From Eledone cirrhosa (Eukaryota): a DNA stretch of 64,000 nt. Where the stretch lies: NCBI GenBank assembly GCA_964016885.1, contig OZ024742.1, positions 280,612,001-280,676,000 of the forward strand, given 5' to 3'. This document shows positions 42,538-57,982 of the stretch, one piece after another (position 1 is the stretch's first letter; each line of letters starts with the position of its first letter). The position numbers were made by a program, and so were the translations under genes. A model generated the notes under the pieces. It was given only the letters and a program-made list of their open reading frames with translations. It made no database searches and had not been told where the DNA came from.

Positions 42538-42811
42538 TCAGAAACACACAGATACATGCGGACACACACATATATACATGAATGCATCCGCACCCAACTG
42601 TCTGTTAAGGGTGCCAACTTCACCGATGTTGCTCAATGAATGACTGGGACAGACCAATTCAGTTGAACTAGACTGAACCAGTATCAGAGTTAAAAATACA
42701 TTATGAAGAGAGAAGAAACATTTAGATATAATTAGTAATAAAATGTATCATACCTAAACTGCTCCTAAATTCCTCAACTACGTAGTTTCGTGGCATAAAC
42801 AAAAACAATAT

Positions 42812-42919
<108 letters not shown>

Positions 42920-43126
42920 TATATATACATACATATATAATTACATACATATACACATATATATATACAAATATTAGACAACATAGATATACATACATTA
43001 GATAAGAGGGTGCAATGAAATATATATATATATATATATATAAACGTTTGTATATGTATAATAAAGCCAAAACAATGCAGATATGGACATAGAATAAAGA
43101 ATGCAAATATACTTATATATATATAA

Positions 43127-43208
<82 letters not shown>

Positions 43209-45404
43209 GATGCTGACGATAGCTAATAAGCTTGAACCTAGTACATCGTTCCTCTGTCAGTGTTCAACAAAATGTGACGTGGTTGTCTCAACGCTGTACG
43301 GCGTAATTCGGGCTGTTTGTTTGTTTAGAAACAAACACACCGAGCATTATAATAAATGTTCGGTAAACCGATACGTGCATATATATATATGTGTGCATAT
43401 GTATATATATATATACTACTGTACGTCTGTATACATATATGTATGTACGTATACATACATACTTACATATAAGTAAGTGCCGTTCTAAGAGTGAGAAATG
43501 AAATTTCGTTTCATTATATATATATATATATATATATGGCGGCTGCCAACTCGTTTTCGAGTACGGCCACTACTTTATATCCATGTAGGAGAACCCCTAC
43601 CGATGCGCTGAATGAGTGTGACTTTTTAGTACAGCCAGCGGCTGTATATATACATATATATACACGTATGTATGTGTATGTATGCTTGCAAGTATGTGTG
43701 TATTTATGTATCTTTGTTCATATATATGTATGTGTGCATCAATGTGTAGGTGTATATTTGTATAAAGGTATATACAAATGTCTCTCTCTATGTAAGTATA
43801 TTTAATGAATGTTCCATATTGTATGTCAAAGCTCTGCACCTAGCTAGCTAAAATTTAACATAGTAGCACAAGATTTTACAGGAATATCATAAGCTATGCA
43901 AATATGTTCTGATACTTTCTATATTCTTAGAAAAGACTAAACATATATCCCCAGGCACAGCAAAAGAGATTGGAAAAAATTCCTGATTAGAAAATAATTC
44001 ATTTAGAATAATTATATAAATTAGAGAATTTCGAAAAAACAACCAAACATTTTTCCAGAAATTTCAATAAATGTGCGAGCAAAAATGTGCGAGCAAAATT
44101 GTTTTATTTTTTTATAAGTATTTCTTTATTAAACTTTCTGGATAAAGGCTGGGTGATTATTTTCATCAAATCCAACTTGAACCATGTTCTGAATAGCTTG
44201 GAATAAAACAAAATTGCGAAAACTAATGTTTCCCAACCAATTTAAGGTTGTCAACATGCTTTTAAAGGAATCCAACTAAAATATAGCGATTTCCTGTAAA
44301 TGGACCTTCTTCAGTTTCGACGACGACAGTTCTAGATGTTTAATCAATAGTACGGCATGTCCATGAATTTATCGTGTAAATGCGTATGCTTTCATCAGAC
44401 ATGGGTAATGTTAAAATCCTTTTCAGGAATACTCAGCACGGCACAATATGCGGCAAAGCCAGTCCTTTGAATTACAAATGTAGTCCATCCACATAATTTC
44501 TACCTAACATAAATGCAGTCGCACGGCATGCATCGATACGAATCTATAGGAAATGGCACTTGCCCAAAATATGATTATATCCATGTGTGTACTGTGATAC
44601 GCTGGCACATGACATAGCTGTTCGACGAGGAAGATCGATGCAATAATTTCTAGAACTGACATATACGTACTGGTTTGATATAATTGGCGGAATCCGTTCT
44701 AGTTTAGGCCTCATTTCATAGTCACAGTGTAATTGCTTAAACAAATAAATGAATGAGTCATCGAAATATGTCATACATGACTTCATATACAACACTATTA
44801 TAAACAACACAGTGTTAGTCAACAGGTTTACAATGGAATGTAAATAGAACTTTTTCTATAATTCAATTCCCTCTGTATTTCTTTGTTTTTTTGTTTTGTG
44901 TTTTTAGTGGTTAAGAGTTATTTTCTATGAATTAAGTATTTGAACTTCTCGCCAAACACGTTCGCTAGCAACAGTTGGCTATTCTTCTCTGAGGTCACAT
45001 GATGCTACTGGTATGTGACTACTACATTCCAGTGGTACTAGTTGAACATTGAAGCAAGTATACGAGAGCGTCCTGATGTTCGGAAGAATATTCCCGCCGA
45101 GGCAGAGATGTGGAATTGGCTGCCAAATATATGCACCGTGTAAGTACTGTGAATGACACATGAAGCTGCACATGTCTGATAAGTCCATACTGGCAGAAAC
45201 TAAATTTAATTCGGGGTATTTGGTATGCAATTTCTCATAAACCACGCGCAGTCGTCACCATTAAAAATAATGTATTGTGTGCACTCTGAGGAACTGTTCT
45301 GTGAGTTCTCAAGTTCAAATTTTAAGTCTCATTGAACGAGTAATGAACCGAGCGGAGGTATACGGTTCCCTATTCCGCTGGTTTGGTAACACATATGTAT
45401 ATAT

Positions 45405-46138
45405 AGGAAAATGTTGAAGACGGCAGAGCTCAAGCCGTTTGGACGGCTATTTCTGGACTAAATTAGATTTTTAGCGCGGTAATAAATAGCCGAACTTGTC
45501 AATGGGTAATTCCATATATGGGCATGCGCGATAATCATGCATTTCTGAAGATTGTAGTTGTCAAAAGGATTGGTCAAAATTTCTTGCAAACACAATTAAA
45601 TCTTTCATGGCAGTGGGTGGATGTACTTGCCTGTAGAACAAAGAGGGAATGGGTTAAGCCGGTCAAGCGTTGAAAGTGAATTCTATACAGTAAATTATAA
45701 GGAGTGCGGTTGAATTAGGCTAGCTAGAAAGCAGGCAAAAAATGAATTCTAGAGGAATCTGAGAGTGGGAAGTTATAAAATTAAAAAAATTAAAAAGTTA
45801 ATAAATTAAAATTAAAAGAACCATAAAAATAATGAAAAAAATAACCCCACACTCCTTAGAATTTGCTGTATAGAATTCACTTTCAATGCTTGACCGGCTT
45901 AACCCACTCCCTCTTTGTTCTACAGACAAGTACATCCACCTGCTGCTATGAAAGATTTAATTGTGTTTGCAAGCAATGTTGACCAACCCTTTTGACAACT
46001 ACAATCTTCAGAAATGCATGATTATCGCACGCCGATATAGGGAATTACCTCTTGAAAAGTTCCGCTATCTATTACCACGCTAAAAATCTAATTTAGTCAA
46101 GAAATAGCCTAGCCATCCAACGGGTTCAACTGTACCGT
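45405..46138. mobile_element. Older fold-back insertion with about 290-bp diverged arms
   Basis: 45420-45710 mirrors 45845-46138; short extra tail at left; TA runs outside. Confidence 0.8.
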
Positions 46139-46157
46139 GTATATATATATATATATA

Positions 46158-46499
46158 TAAAGAAAAAGAGATGAAATCGAAAATGCAACTGAAGTCTTAT
46201 TTTTTTTTTAAATATATATATTTATTTGGTTCCTTTACCGGTTTCGCAGTTCTTCTGCTTTTCAAAAGGTGAGTTGAGATTGAGGGTCTGTGGTAAAAAC
46301 CACAGACCCTCCATCTCAACTCACCTTTTGAAAAGCAGAAGAACTGCGAAACCGGTAAAGGAACCAAATAAATATATATATTTAAAAAAAAAATAAGACT
46401 TCAGTTGCATTTTCGATTTCATCTCTTTTTCTTTATACTTCCACTCGTGTAGGACACCTCGGTTATTTTTCATTTTGTAAAAAAAAACTCACTTTCTAA
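46158..46499. mobile_element. Near-perfect fold-back insertion with C3U/G8A hammerheads
   Basis: Arms 46157-46294 and 46299-46437, 4-nt loop, about 62-nt tail to 46499. Confidence 0.9.
46324..46361 (+). ncRNA. Minimal type I hammerhead, C3U/G8A variant, palindromic stem III (mirror 46232-46269 -)
   Basis: CCTT TTGAAAA GCAG-AAGAA-CTGC GAAA CCGG TA AAGG. Confidence 0.75.
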
Positions 46500-46706
46500 T
46501 ATATATATATATATATATATTTCCATGGGCGTATGCATGCGAACTCAATCAATGCCGAAATAAAGTTTAATATCTTTCGATATTGTGATGAATCTAGTTA
46601 CCCTGGTGTTTTACCTGATGAAACTGTGAATACACAGGTGAAATTCCAGAGTAATACGACTCGTCACTAAATCTATCACAGCCGCTTAATTTTAGGCTGT
46701 TGAGCG

Positions 46707-47120
46707 ATGGTAACAAAACAACGAACAAACCTGAAGATTCGGGTCCAGCTGGGTAAAACTCCATCAGAAGCACGCGGAATATTGCAGCCAGTCTACGGAG
46801 AAGAGGCGATTTCGCGCACAACGGATTTCGAATACCACAAAAGATTTAAAGAGGGACGCGAGGGCATAGAAGACGACCACAAGCGCGGAAGATCTTCAGC
46901 CTACAGGAATGAGGCTAATGTTGAATACGTGATGATCGTTGGCTGATCGATGGACTGATCGATAGTGAGCTGGGTATGAACCCAACAGTGTTTGGAAGAA
47001 TTACTCATTACTGCTTCGCCACGAAAACGCGCCGGCTTGCAGCGCCCTGAGCATCCAGCACAGCAGTTCCTGGCCGAGATCATTGCCATGCTGAATCAAC
47101 CTTACTTTTCACCTGAACAA
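46707..47120 (+). pseudogene. Mariner (Mos1-like) transposase relic
   Basis: QRTNLKIRVQLGKTPSEA..VYGEEAISRTTDFEYHKRFKEGREGIEDDHKRGR (HTH), then HENAPA and QPYFSPE remnants of HDNAP and HPPYSPD. Confidence 0.8.
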
Positions 47121-47589
47121 GGTCTACATATCATTGATATTATTCTCCTTTGTGTGTGTGTGCGCGCGTTCTATGAATCGGTGATGGACGCGTGTGTATA
47201 TACGTGTGTCTGAGAATTTTTTCATGTATTTTTGTGTGCCTGTGTAAGTATACTTATGTATAAGTCTGTGTGTATGGATGTATTTATACCTGCTATCATT
47301 GTGTGTTGAATGAGTGAGTTCATGCGGTTATTAGTGAGTGTATCTGAGTGCGTTTATGCGCGCGGGTGTGTGTATAAGCTTGTATGATTAACTCTATCAG
47401 TGTGTTTGTGTACCAAATAAGAAGTAGCGGATTGTTGTCTGGCGTTTTCAGGAAGAGGAGTCGGTGTAGCATATTAAGTAAGAACGCTGAGAATGTGTGT
47501 GTTGGGTGGGGTATATCACAGAGAGGGGGAACCAAGGCGTGATGACACTGAACGCAGAGCTTAGCATAGTATCAGAGCATCACTGTGAG

Positions 47590-47873
47590 CTGATCCGGTT
47601 TTAATGGGAGGCAAAAGCCGGTTTTTCCCCCGGGCCCCCACCGGTAATGGCCGTAGCAATTTATTTGTGTCCTCAGCTGGGATTTTTAGTTTTAGGATGT
47701 TTAGAATATTTGACTTTAAAACCTACGTGTATAACCATTAAATTCCCATTACCTGTGCCAAGTCAACTTTGATATGTAAAATTAAGGTGTTTGCTCTATA
47801 TTCTAAATGTTTGTGTATGGGGGCCGCCCAAATCTGAAATGCTCCGGAACCATAAGGTCTAAAACTGACCCTG
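47590..47873. mobile_element. Degenerate hAT-like MITE
   Basis: Imperfect ends ccggttttaa...taaaactgaccctg with GC-rich subterminal motifs; no TSD resolved. Confidence 0.35.
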
Positions 47874-47981
47874 ATTGTGAGGACCTGTTGTTTGTGGTGT
47901 TTGTGCAAGTGGTTGTGGCGATGTGCGTGTGTGTGATCTTGTTAGTTTAATTAATGAATTGTGTTGGTTTACATTAATTGG

Positions 47982-48166
47982 AGGATTGGCAGTATCAGTA
48001 GAAGGTCGGACGCCATGCTTTGCATCATAGAGTTACGCCCCTTTATGTTGTGAGTTCAAATCCCGCCGAGGTTCACTTTGCCTTTCATCCTTACGGGGTC
48101 GATAAAATAAAGTACCAGTAATGTACTGGAGTAATTGCTGGCCTTGTGCCAATAGTAGAAACAATT
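47982..48166 (+). mobile_element. tRNA-derived SINE (same family as 21737)
   Basis: ttggcagtatcagtag...GAGTTCAAATCC...gcctttcatccttacggggtcgataaaataaagtaccag. Confidence 0.85.
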
Positions 48167-48779
48167 AATTAGGCAACTGTGTTTGTATTGTGTTTTTTTA
48201 GTCACGTTTATTTACTTAATTGACTGTGTTAGTATTGTTAGTTAGTCATGTCATTATATTTAATGAATTAATTACTCGAGGTAGTATAGCTAATTTGTGT
48301 TAATGCATCTATAGTCATATTGGTATAACTAATTGATTATTTATGTTGGAGTGCGCAAGTGGATGTGTTGGTTAAAATATTTTTATAGTACAGGGAGTTG
48401 TGCATGTGAGTTGGTGTGTGAGGAAACTGGAGGAAGAGCGGCGATGCATTTAGGAAGTTTCCAGTAAAGGTCGGAAGTGAAAACATAATATGCTGCATTC
48501 TTATGAGGCAATATAAAGTCATATGAACGGCAACGCCTTGGATAATTTCGGAAACGATCATATAAAGTTTTTCAAAGTTTTCGGCATGAGCTACACAATT
48601 CCTACAACTATGACAACAGCAATTTGGAACCTTGTAAACAGGACTAGCAGAGAAATATCTCAGTTATCATAGGACAAACAGTTCTTCGATAGGGCTACAC
48701 CTCATCATAGGGAATCATTAGCAAGAAACAAATAGTATAATTGATAATACACTACCCACAATTAAGACATTTAGAAGGA

Positions 48780-49020
48780 GAAAAAACAAAATGCCTCAAC
48801 CTTACCTCCATTCAATCTAGTGTTATTCACAAATATAGCTAAGAACTTCCTGTCCATAATCAGGAAATATTTACCATATAGCCATATGTACGATAATATT
48901 ATATTAGTTACTCCTGTTTAGATAGCATCGCTACACATATCGCACGCTGTAACATAAAAAAGCACGCAATCAAACAAACTCCAACAAACAGCAGTGTGTA
49001 ATTGCAAAAAGGCTACAAAT
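48780..49020 (+). pseudogene. Old YRDD-lineage PLE relic
   Basis: PPFNLVLFTNIAKNFLSIIRKYLP...SYSCLDSIATHIARCN resembles PxxN..TN...F...KHFP...LSYS of the other copies. Confidence 0.55.
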
Positions 49021-50387
49021 TATCTTAAAATAATCACATTCACATCACCAGATGGCTTCCTGAGCAACTATACTGTCCTAAATAGGTAGATTCCCCTCAT
49101 ATTAACGTCGTTATGAGCATCCTATACCTCCATGATGAAAACTGAACTATCTATTATTTTGCTTCCACAGGTTAAGTCCACTGATACTAGACATCTCACA
49201 TAGACTAGATTAATTCCACGAGGCCCACATATATACGTAGAACAGAGAGCTCCTACTTTCGAATTAACATACATACCCTGAAACCACCACTACATACCAC
49301 GAAAACATCAGCACACATACCAAGTTAACATTCAGCCCGTTAGCGAATGTTTGGGTATCTGCCACTGCAAGGGCTTTCTTCAATTAAAAAAGCTTCAAAA
49401 ACTGCCTCCACTTGATGAAAACGACTTTCGCCTGTGTTGCGTGGTCATAGCCTTTTCGTTTTTCTCACGCTGTAGCATACGCAGAAAGGAATCTTAGGTT
49501 TTTGCCGAGACCAAAATGTCTTGTTCATCATGCCTTTCATGTATCAAAAACAAAATCAAGAGATGGCAATGCTCGATACTGAGATGCAGCCAATGCATGC
49601 ATGTATGGATAGATGGATGGATGTATGCATGTATGTGTGTATACATGCATGTGTATGTATGTATGTATGTATGCATGCATGCATGTATGTATATTTATGC
49701 GTGTATGGGTATGCACATATTCGTATATTTCTTACAATGTTTAATACATACTTACATACTTAAAGCATGAACATATAGATATATAACAATACATAGCATA
49801 AATACATGCGTACGTATGTGGTATACATGATGGAGTAGCATGAGATGAAAACGACTTCCGTTACAAGATCTTTCATAAATTATAACTTCAGATTTTTCAA
49901 TCCGTTGTCATTCTAACAATCCAGAATACCCATGCACGAGCGCGAACAAATAATACAAAATTACAAAGCAAGGAAATCAGCATATGCTATTTATTCATAT
50001 ACAATTAGATCCCAAAATAGAATGTTCTAAGTATCTCATTCCGATGATGGAGACTTTTTATAGTAATTCTCGTACTAGATATATCAGCCAAATTTCAGCA
50101 TCAAGTTAGCGCTGCTTCATTGTAGTAAAAATAGCTTATTAAGCTAGCATATTTGCCATATATTTAATAAGAGGCACACTCCCTTTAATTCACAAATCAG
50201 TTTGAAATTAATTAAAATTGTGTAGAGATAGAATTAATGTTTCACTATTAATATGGTGTTAGGATAATAAATTTACAAGGTTCTGGCAAACAATTATGAT
50301 AGACTGAAGGCTTTTGATAAATATAAACATTTTAACCCTTTCAGTGACATATTTCTAATGAAAGAGACTATATAGGTATTGTTATAA

Positions 50388-50545
50388 TTGTATAGGATCA
50401 TGTTGTTCTAATATTGCCAGAAAAATATTGTAAAACACACGCACTGGTTGGTTTACTATATTTGTTTGGCAATATTAGAAAAAAACATGACCCTTCCCCA
50501 TTATAACGGTATCTGTTTCAGCACACGATTTCATATATCTAAAAC
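50388..50545. mobile_element. Old short fold-back of the 30982 PLE family 3' end
   Basis: attgttata..atcatgttgttctaatattgcca mirrors tggcaatattagaa..catgac..tataac; tail tatctgtttcagcacacgatttcatat on the right only. Confidence 0.65.
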
Positions 50546-50754
50546 AGAGAATGTCTTCCTTTATAGATAGATACATAGATATAACATTGTGCCCTTATAA
50601 TGTATGTCTGTATGTCTGACTGTCTGCATTACGATATTATGACGTCGCTATATATGTGTGTGTGTATATATGTATATATAGTGTGTGTGTGTATATATAC
50701 AGTGTGTAACGTTTTTCGAAATATTTACTTCTGCGTTCACAGATTGATTTTTTT

Positions 50755-50805
50755 AGTTTCAGAAGATCCCGTTAATGGTGAAAGCAGCGATTCTTTGCTA
50801 AAACT
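50755..50805 (+). ncRNA. CAGAAGA hammerhead variant copy
   Basis: AGTTT CAGAAGA TCCC-GTTAA-TGGT GAAA GCA..TGC TA AAACT. Confidence 0.6.
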
Positions 50806-52328
50806 TTAATCTGTTATTTTAATATATATATATAATTATATATTCGTGTATAGATATTTTTGCATACACAATAACAAAATATAAACAAAGCGAGGCTCGA
50901 TAAGGATAATTATATATCAAATACATAAGAACCCTAGAGCAAATCCCGGGAAAATGCCGGGCCATTCTGCTAGCAACTTATATAATTCTCATATAAAATA
51001 ATACTTTTTTTTTTTAACTAAACACAAACATTTTACAAAAACAGTTTTTTTTTTATCGGAGAGCCAGGCAAGTTGTTATGTACGAGGGTCAACCATTTTT
51101 GCCACCCCCCTGTAACACAACTTCTATCAGAGCTAACATTAATAAATAATTCTCATCATTACTCAGATATGAATTCATGAGGATGAGCGATGGATCCCTA
51201 TAACCTTGGTTACGACGCAGTTTCTGTATTCAGCCAGCCATCCCCACCGCCAACATCACCAGCTCCTGCATATTTAATTAGCATAAGTCATATATGAATT
51301 TATTATCTCCCTTCAACTTTCACCCTCTCTCACATTTCTTTTTCTCCCTCGAATGCAAAGTCCCTCATAAACAATATGGACCCCCCCCCCCCCAACACAC
51401 AAACACATATGTAGGTATGGATGGATGGATATACGTATGTGTGCGTATGTATGCATGAATGTATGTATGTATTATGTATGTATTTATGGATGGATGTACG
51501 GGTGGATGTATGTATGTACGAATGTATGTATGCATGAATGTATGTATGTATTTATGGATGAATGTGTGTATGTATGCATGTATGAATGGATGGATGGATA
51601 TATGTACAAATCTCTGTATGTCCCCTCCACCTCCTTCGTGCGTGCATATTTAAGAATCAGTCATATATGAATTTATTATCTACCCTTAAACCTCCACACT
51701 CTTCTCTCTCTCTCTCTCTCTTTCTCACTCTTTCTTTCTCTCACGCTTTCTTTCCCCTCTCTCTCTTCCTCGCTCTTCCCCTTCTTTTGCTCCTCTCTCT
51801 CTGTAGCAAATTCCTGTATACACTTTTCTATTTCTCCACCTTGACAAAGTTCAGTCCATACATCTTGGGTCCAAGCAAGCAAAGAAAGTAAGCCTAGCTC
51901 AGCCCCTATACATTAACACATTCCAGCAATTCTGAATTGCCGGTGTCGGTAAAAGCAAAAAGGGATCACGGGTATCAACCTCGTATGACACTATGCCTTT
52001 TATAAATTGCTGGCCCCTATTTCGTGTCAGTAAGAATGTCACTCAAAGACCTTTAAATCTCCAATCCTCTTTCCACATTTATTTCAATTTCATATTTCAT
52101 TTATTGTACTTAAGTGGCTCATCTAGATTAACACCTTTCCTTCTCTCATTACCTCGCTCCCCATCTTCATTGCCGCTTTCATTCTAACATTCGTTCTGTT
52201 TATCATTCACTTTATTTTCTTTTCTTCTTTTGCCCTGTCTTCCTTTCTTTCGTTTTATTTCTTTATTTCTTCCATTCTTTCTATATTTCTTTTTCTCATT
52301 CTGTCTATCGATTTTCCTATCTATCTAT

Positions 52329-52797
<469 letters not shown>

Positions 52798-52811
52798 TAT
52801 ATACACACATA

Positions 52812-52853
<42 letters not shown>

Positions 52854-53068
52854 CATATATATCGACTATTCAGTACCAAATTCAACAACATCTAAAAACC
52901 AGAACAATAGCAAAGAATCCAACAAGGGAATCTTTACACGAATGCTGGAACTGTTAAAAATAATTGCTAAATAACTCTTAAGACATTCCCTCTCATAATA
53001 GTAAGTGAATTATACATTGCATAGTACTAGGTACACTATGCCAGAAAGTATATGCAGGAAGGTGAGGT

Positions 53069-53335
53069 CTTCTTCTTCTTCTTCTTCTTCTTCTTCTTCT
53101 TCTTCTTCTTCTTCTTCTTCTTCTTCTTCTTCTTCTTCTTCTTCTTCTTCTTCTTCTTCCAGACGGTCCTGTCAGAAGCTACCATTTGCAATTGATCCAG
53201 CTGGAACCCCAAGCGAGAGCAACCGAATTCAAGGATGTTATGCAACGTTCTTGCTTTTGCTCTAAGGCTGTGTCTCCGGCCTTTTGGCATTGCTTGTAAA
53301 ATATGTCCAGTGATTCTTTCATACGATATTCTCAT
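53069..53335 (-). mobile_element. RTE-like LINE 3' end with (AAG)n tail
   Basis: Minus ORF ends MPKGRR...LQMVASDRTVWK then (AAG)n 53069-53159; AxDRxxW is typical of RTE-clade C-termini. Confidence 0.6.
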
Positions 53336-54182
53336 TATATGGGAGTTCTGATTGGAGTTGTAATCTCTCGATTCGGAGTAGCTCCACTATATAGAGCGAC
53401 TCCCTGATTTCCTAACTACGCACTCTACTGAGTAACATTAATACAAAGTCACTTCGGAGGACAACGAAGTCTATTTGGTTTATGTTTATATTTACATACA
53501 TACATTTTGAAATATAAGTATGTATTGGCGAACGTATTATTACGGTAGTTACGTAAATGCTGGCAGACGTAGCAAAGTGAAATAAAGTATTTTGCTGAAG
53601 AATAAAATATGTCACTCGAACAGAACCTACTTCCCTGTGTTACTGAGACCAACATCTTAACCACTAGGCCATGAAACCTTTCTTTATAAACTTTTTCAAA
53701 GCTTGGAAGAGAAAGTAAGTGAATGAATATCATGCATAGCTTGTGATTGTACCAATATGTTTTTGTGTTTGTATGTATATGTATGTGTCTGTATGTGTAT
53801 GTATGTATTTGTGTGTGTATATATATATATGTGAGTATAAATGTGTGTATTTATTCGTGTATATATGAATATGCGTGTGTACGTGTGTATGTGTTTTGTG
53901 TGTTTGTGTCTCATTGACTATGTATTTGAAGGTATGTTGGGTAAATAACCTCCTCATTGAACTTAGTTGGCATGATTTCCGCTCTTTTCCTTTGATATTG
54001 TGCGTCGGTAAAATTTTGCAAACTTACCTTGTCAGTTTATATTTCATATAAATATATATTTATATATACATACATATATCACTTCACCTTACAAAGCTCA
54101 AACATCTTAATACATATGTCATAAGTATACATCATGTAAATCACATATAAATATGTGTGTTTGTATGTGAGTGTGTGTGTGT

Positions 54183-54227
<45 letters not shown>

Positions 54228-54435
54228 ACCTGTATACTTCAAAAAAACACCCATCATAATCTAGCATTTCCCTGCAATTTACGGTCGTAAAAATCTCAGA
54301 CGGGATACTCTGTCACTTTGTGAAGATATGAAAGAATGGAATTATACATAGGATAAAGGAGGCATATGAACTTTTAGAATGAGAATCACGTGACATATAT
54401 ACATGTATATACACTCCCATTACACACGCACCCAC

Positions 54436-54470
<35 letters not shown>

Positions 54471-54548
54471 ATACTATATATATACATACACATACACACA
54501 CATATGCATATATACATATAAATATATACATATACATATATATGTATA

Positions 54549-54623
<75 letters not shown>

Positions 54624-54918
54624 AGAGTGAGAGAGAGGGGGCTGGAGGGAGAGAGAAAGTGAGAGGCAGAGAGAGAAATGAAAAATCCCAGACAGGGTAT
54701 GGTCATGTTGCTAATATTGGCAATAGAAAGTAATAAATCTTGTTCGATGTTCATTCGTTTATCAAAGTTCTTTTGTCTCACATTCTGTTACTTCCTCGAT
54801 GACTATCTCTTTTGTGCCCCTTTTATTTCTGGGCCTTTTATTTGAATCGACCTTGAAAACACACAGCACAGTACAATGGTGGAATATATTAGGTTAATGC
54901 TTGATATAGTAGGAAAAG

Positions 54919-54994
<76 letters not shown>

Positions 54995-55118
54995 TATATA
55001 TATATATACAAAAGTACAGCATATGCGAAGTTGGAGTAGCAGCTAAGCCAATATATATCGATATATATATATATTAAATATCAACGACGAATTTTCTTAT
55101 CTCATTACATAGCATTTG

Positions 55119-55651
55119 GATTGGTAGTATCGGTAGAGGGTCGGACGCCATGCTTTCTAGCATAGTTACGTCCCTTTACGATCTGAGTTCAAATCCCGCC
55201 GAGGTTGACTTTGCCTTTCATCCTTACGGGGTCGATAAAATAAAGTACCAGTGAGGCACTGGGTAGTTGCTGGCCTTGTGCCTAAAGTAGAAACAATTAT
55301 ATTAGGGTCGGACACCATACTTTGACGCATAGAGTTACAGCCCCTTCCATTCTGAGTTCAAATACCTCCGAGGTTAACTTTATCTTTCATCCTTACGGGG
55401 TCGATAAAATAAAGTACCAGTGCTGTATGGGATGATTGCTGGCCTTGTGCCAAAAGTAGAAACAATTATATTATGGGTGGTAGAGGGTCAGACGCCATGC
55501 TTTGACGCATAGAATTACGGCCTTTTCCATTCTGAGTTCAAACCCCGCCGAGATTAACTTTGCCTTTTATCCTTACGGGGTCGATAAAATAAAGTACGAG
55601 TAATGCACTTGCTAATTGGTGGCATTGTGCCAAAAGTAGAAACAATTATAT
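55119..55651 (+). mobile_element. Three head-to-tail SINE copies
   Basis: Units about 55119-55300, 55304-55470, 55478-55651, each with GAGTTCAAA and ending gtagaaacaattata; further partial copy 56434-56533. Confidence 0.9.
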
Positions 55652-56838
55652 TATAACACTAGCAGTACTACTGGCATCTTCCAATACCAGTAACCGGAAT
55701 GAAACTCGCCATGATCCCAATATAATGAAAGCACCAATCCCCAAACCCTAGTTGAGCAGGAGAACATTATGGTTGTTTTAGATCAGTATTTACATACAAT
55801 ATATCGTAAAATACTTAGAGGGTCTTCATGGCAAATATTTACTTCATCTTTAGTATATAGACATGTATACATGTCGATTACGTATTTCTCTGTACATTGA
55901 AAATATGATGATTATCTTTAACTGGATTCCAAGACTAAGTCAGCTGTCATGAGAAATTGCGTATATTTTCTAACCAAGCTCAATGAAATAAGTAATCGAG
56001 GGGCTTATATCATTCCTTTTCAATTCACAGGTAAATAGGATTTTGACATGTTTACAATTCTATATACGTAAATTGCGTAAATTTATATACACATTTGCAC
56101 GGTCTTGTTTAATTCTATTCTGTATCTATACAAATATAGCTTTGTCATGTTCTTCGCCTATTTAGCGCATACATTAATATATATCATAATGAAATAAATA
56201 CATGTGGGCTACAGATAAGCAAATTAGCACTACGTTTCCGGTTAACACTATAACTTAGAGGATATATGAGTCACGCGATTACATAATTCCTTATGTTTGT
56301 TTAGCTTATATGTATGCCTTCTGAAACATGTGAAAGGTATTTATCATTTATTCAAATTACAGGGACATATTTATTTGGCATAATTACATGTGGTTATATT
56401 AATATCTTATATATTAATACCCCCCCCCCCCGCCTAGGTTAACTTTGCCTTTCAGCCTTACGGGGTCGATAAAATAAAGTACCAGTAATGTACTGGATAA
56501 TTGTTGGCCTTGTGCCAAAAGTAGAAACAGTTATATTAATATCTGAGATTTTTTCATAGTATCGTTTACTTCTATTCTATATACAAACTAATATAACTCT
56601 ACTGTATATATATATTAAACTTACATATGTATAAATATAGGTAGTTATATTTATATATGCAAGAAGAAGAAGAAGAAGAAGAAGAAGAAGAAGAAGAAGA
56701 AGAATATATGTATATATATATATATATATAGTTTTGTTGACAAATATATAAATATGTCCAGACACGCAGATATATTGCCCTTGGTATGACAGTGTGGGTT
56801 TAGCTCCAAGTAGGATAACTAGTATACTACAGAGTCGT

Positions 56839-56980
<142 letters not shown>

Positions 56981-57290
56981 TATATTATTGGAACTTAGGA
57001 AGTATATAAGAAAGTTATATAACTTGTTTTAAATTATATACTATATATAATATACTATTAAATGATATAATTCATAAATTATATACATTTCTACTTGATA
57101 TCAAAATATAATTCGACCTATCTATACTTAGATCATATTTGAGAGAAATGAGTTGGAGACAGGCTTCCGTTCTCAACCACACACGTCATACCTTGAGGCT
57201 TTAACTGACATGTTTAAGTGAACATCCGCTGTTGATAGGTTAGATCGTGCTCTCTCTCCCTCTATCGCCCGCATCCTCTCTTTCTGTATG

Positions 57291-57347
<57 letters not shown>

Positions 57348-57348
57348 G

Positions 57349-57419
<71 letters not shown>

Positions 57420-57441
57420 GTATGTATACATATATATATAT

Positions 57442-57527
<86 letters not shown>

Positions 57528-57941
57528 GTGTACCTATGGATTATATCGAACATTAATAATAATATTCGATTCTTTTGCAATGGAACGGCTCGACAAACTC
57601 ATGGTTTGTCAAACTTAATTTTAAGTATTAAATTAAGAAAAGTGTGGGCTTCACTTAATAAGATGTTGCTAAACAGTTTCCAAAACTGTCTAGTTCTTAT
57701 CAAGCGATTCCCCAATATAGGTCTGTTATTTTTCTTAATTTAATACTTAAAACTAAGTCTGACAAACCATATTGCTGTAGTTAGTTTGTTTTCACCCTAG
57801 CAAACTTGGTCCTTACGATTCGAACACAGGTATGTTTATATCAGTGTTCATCTCTCTTGTTTATTCAATCATATTACACGCCTCGGAAAACTAGTTTCTT
57901 AGAGCTATTTAATTGTAAGAGACTACTCTGACTCTCTAACA

Positions 57942-57982
<41 letters not shown>

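Noticed and set aside
57601-57770. 41-bp inverted repeat with inner hairpin
   Set aside because: Real inverted repeat but neither arm abuts (TA)n, so it could not be assigned to the X/tail design.
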